Source: Amoebidium appalachense
Taxonomy: Eukaryota > Protista > Ichthyosporea
Length of the DNA stretch: 64,000 nt
Direction of reading: 5' to 3'
NCBI GenBank assembly: GCA_963693365.1
Contig: CAVNZM010000003.1
Coordinates: 5,080,472 to 5,144,471, forward strand
Below, piece by piece: positions 50,116-64,000 of the stretch (its first letter is position 1; each line of letters starts with the position of its first letter). Under the pieces are notes generated by a model. The model did not search any database. It saw nothing but the letters and a program-made list of their open reading frames with translations, and was not told the origin of the DNA. The translations under genes were made by a program, and so were the position numbers.

Positions 50116-52786
50116 CGAGAGAGTGGGTGTGAATATGTGTGTGACGTTGTGGTGTGCATTTGTGTGTTTTAACCACAGTATGCCCAGTGTCTGTGCATGA
50201 CCTGTGTGGGCTTGGCGCCGCGGCGCACACATATAAAAGATGTGTCTCCTAAATCGCGCGCATGTGTGTGTGCACGCGCGAGTGTCTGTGTTGTTGTGCG
50301 TTCAGGTGCCGTGCGTGAGCCAGAGAGACGGAAAGAGCGAAAGAGAGAGAGCCGAGGGGGTTGGGGGGTTGGGGGGGGGAGAGAGAGGGGGGGGGGGGGG
50401 GAGGGAAAGAGAGAGAGAGGGAGAGAGAGAGAAGGAGAGAGGGAGCGAAAGCGAGGGAGAGAGGCAGAAAGAGAGAGAGTGTGTGTGTATGTGTGGGGGG
50501 GGGGGGGGGGGGGGGGGGAGGGGGGGGGAGGCTACAGAGCTGGATGGTGATAGAGGAAAAAGGAACAGAGAGCAGGTGTGCATGCGTGTGCGCGCAAGTT
50601 TACGTGCGTTGAGGATAAAATCAGGGAGGGCGTCCGCAAGAGAATGGCCCCTGATATATGGGAGATAGTTCAAGCTGGCCATGGTAGCCCGTTGCCACGG
50701 GACTAGACATGCCCATTGTAGCATCACACACAGACAATCATTGCGAGTGGATTGATTGACGAGAGACTCTGACGTACGAAAGGAGAAGATAGGGCTTTAT
50801 GACTCTAGAGCACCTTACAGGGCAGGATGGCTATGCCGTCGCTGGCAGAAGAAATAAACAGCACAATTCCCCGAGGCATGATCACCGTGTACGTGTACAA
50901 ACTTGAGAAGTCGGTGTGGTGCACCGGCGGAGACACCAGAGGCTGAACTGAGGCTTAAGACCAGTGTACCACAGGAGTACAAAACTGCGGCAAAGCTGGA
51001 AATTCACTGGCACTGCACTATTGGTTACACAGGGAAGATAAAATATGTAGCCAATAGGCACTAAGAAACAAATCTGCCGTGCTACACCGCAACCACAGCG
51101 TTCAGGGAGGCCTCGAGTAAATCCCATCTTCTAGACCTGCATATTGACATTCCATAGCAATATCTAACTTACTAAGTAAAATCTATAAAGAAAAATAAAA
51201 GTCCTCTCTTTGAATGTAGGTATTTGAGTGTAAAGCTGATACCGTCCGCGGTGACCTTGGGGCTTCATGGGAAGTCGTCATTTTAAAATCACGCAAGGCA
51301 GTATCCGCCTTTAGCTTGTGTGTCTGTGGACCACATGTACGATAAACGCCTCAACGCCTGTGTGCGTGTTAGCCTTCGGCTAGGGAGAGAGAGAGTTCGC
51401 ATACGTCAGGAAAAAAAACGTTGGATTTCACACTAAGTATACAGCGATCACCACAGTTTAGTTAGATAAAAAAGCAGGCTTTATAGCTACATATCGGCTG
51501 AGAAAAGGAATTTTTTTCCTTGAAACCTGGGTGTTCGCCTTTTCACTGTCCTGTGTAGAGCCACACCGGTGTCTTTCCAGACATCGTGACCAAGCAATAA
51601 CACTTGTCAAGAAGAGTAGGTCTTCGCTTGGGGTTTTCCACGCTATTTGCACCATACTTGGTGATATTTTGAAGCACATCTCCGAGGTTTCCCCCTTTAC
51701 TTCATCAGCGTCTCTGGTGCGAGCTTCCGGCTTCTGGGTAAGTGAGTGAGTGCGTTTACGAGGTCTACTCCCTGTCTTGGCTGTGGCGGGTTCCAGCCCT
51801 TCTATACACTCATCATTTCCTTTTACTCACCCCCTTTTTGTACTGGTATGCTGGGTATATGTTGTTTACATGCACCTCGCGAACAAAGAAGCGTGGAAGT
51901 TGAAGAGTGTTTTGTACTCGTGCTTCGTCAAGGAAATTCGGGGAAGGATCCAAAAATGTTACTTGCAGTGCAGCCTGCCGCAAAAGGCATTTGTATTTTA
52001 TATTATGTCATTTTATTAGTTTCTACTCTCCCTCCCTCCCTCCCTGTGTGTGTGTACTCATCCCCCCTCCCCCTCCCCTCCCTAACCCCTCCAACCCCAA
52101 CCCACTCACCCACCCACCCACCCACTTGTAACGTCGGGGTTGTTACTTACAGTCGTCTAATTCATCTTGATAAAACATGGCTTTCTTTTGTAACGATTTG
52201 ATGGGACCTACATTTCTTGTTCCTTCTTTAGCAGAACGGGCTGGTAGTGTAATCCTAGCCTCCAATCCACGTCACACGATTTTGCTCTCATCTTTTTTGA
52301 GGTTAATGCAATTATGGTTGTGTGTAGACGTGTAAGGGCTCATGTGAATCCTTGCAGCCTTCTTCGTTTCCCCTTTTGGAGCACTGTTTGGCATTCGCCA
52401 TAGGATTCGCGCATTCTTGTCTTTTGTGTGTGAACTCTTGGGAAGCACGTGATCTTGTGTGGTGCTTTTTCTGTTACACTCACAATAGAGAGCAAGTTCG
52501 GTGCCCATCACCTTTTTCCGGATTTAAGGGAATCTGATGTGTTTGTCCAACTTTGCATATGCAGGGAACTTTTGTCACCTGACGCCGCAAGGTCGTCAGT
52601 CTCCGTGAACCATATGTGTCAGGCTTTGTGGGGTAGTGTTTTTATTTAAAATTCTGGAGATGACGTTTAAGGAAAGCGTTGTAGCAGTGCATGTGCCTGC
52701 AGCATGGAAAATGGCAGTTCAGATTATTGAGAATTAGTTAACGGTTTGTTTATCTGCGCAGGAGGAACGCACTACGCCCTTGGGTA

Positions 52787-63775
<10,989 letters not shown>

Positions 63776-63789
63776 GTGTGTGTTCCTTG

Positions 63790-63928
63790 CCCCTGAGGAT
63801 AGGCTCTGCTTATGACGCATACTGTGCGCATGGCTGATGTTGCAAACTTGAGTGTTTGCCTTTGCATGCGTCCTGCACCATGCTTCTCATCGTGTATGAG
63901 TACTTCGTACCGTATTCCGCATTCAAAC
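63790..63928 (+). mobile_element. poly(C)-tailed family, subfamily B
   Basis: CCCCTGAGGATAGGCTCTGCTTATGACGCATAC...CGCATTCAAA+Cn. Confidence 0.85.
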
Positions 63929-64000
63929 CCCCCCCCCCCCCTCCCCCCCTCCCCCCCCCCCCCCCCCCCCCCCCCTTCTCTCCACTCATAGTGCATACTG

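Noticed and set aside
50640-51200. Complex non-repetitive stretch, possible TE remnant or exon
   Set aside because: No recognisable motif or consistent splice structure.

Overview
Eukaryotic, probably protist, nuclear DNA. Short GT-AG exons sit in introns packed with (CA/GT)n, (GA)n and poly-G/poly-C, so nearly all entries in the ORF track are microsatellite artefacts. Manual splicing with phase checks gives five protein genes. (1) The N-terminal half of an IRE/RIM15/MAST-type AGC kinase (minus strand, running off the left edge) hosts an intron-containing tRNA-Tyr(GTA). (2) A conserved HAD-like 'HFDINKT...FRTFG...IFFDDN' protein (minus). (3) An intronless BTB/POZ gene with three DUF4177-like repeats (plus). 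(4) An ankyrin-repeat plus C-terminal ubiquitin-like protein (minus). (5) A LARP4-like La/RRM protein (plus, running off the right edge). Mobile DNA includes a cluster of 5'-truncated LINE 3' ends with target-site duplications (TSDs), a decayed LINE RT and a MITE. The most unusual signal is a family of >20 short (~110-270 bp) elements. They have a fixed 3' end fused to poly(C), variable 5' ends, a structured 5' module with hammerhead-like CGAAAC/CUGANGA boxes, and every intronic copy I found is sense to its host gene. Splice sites are often built directly from GT/AC microsatellites, and donors are often followed by C-runs.
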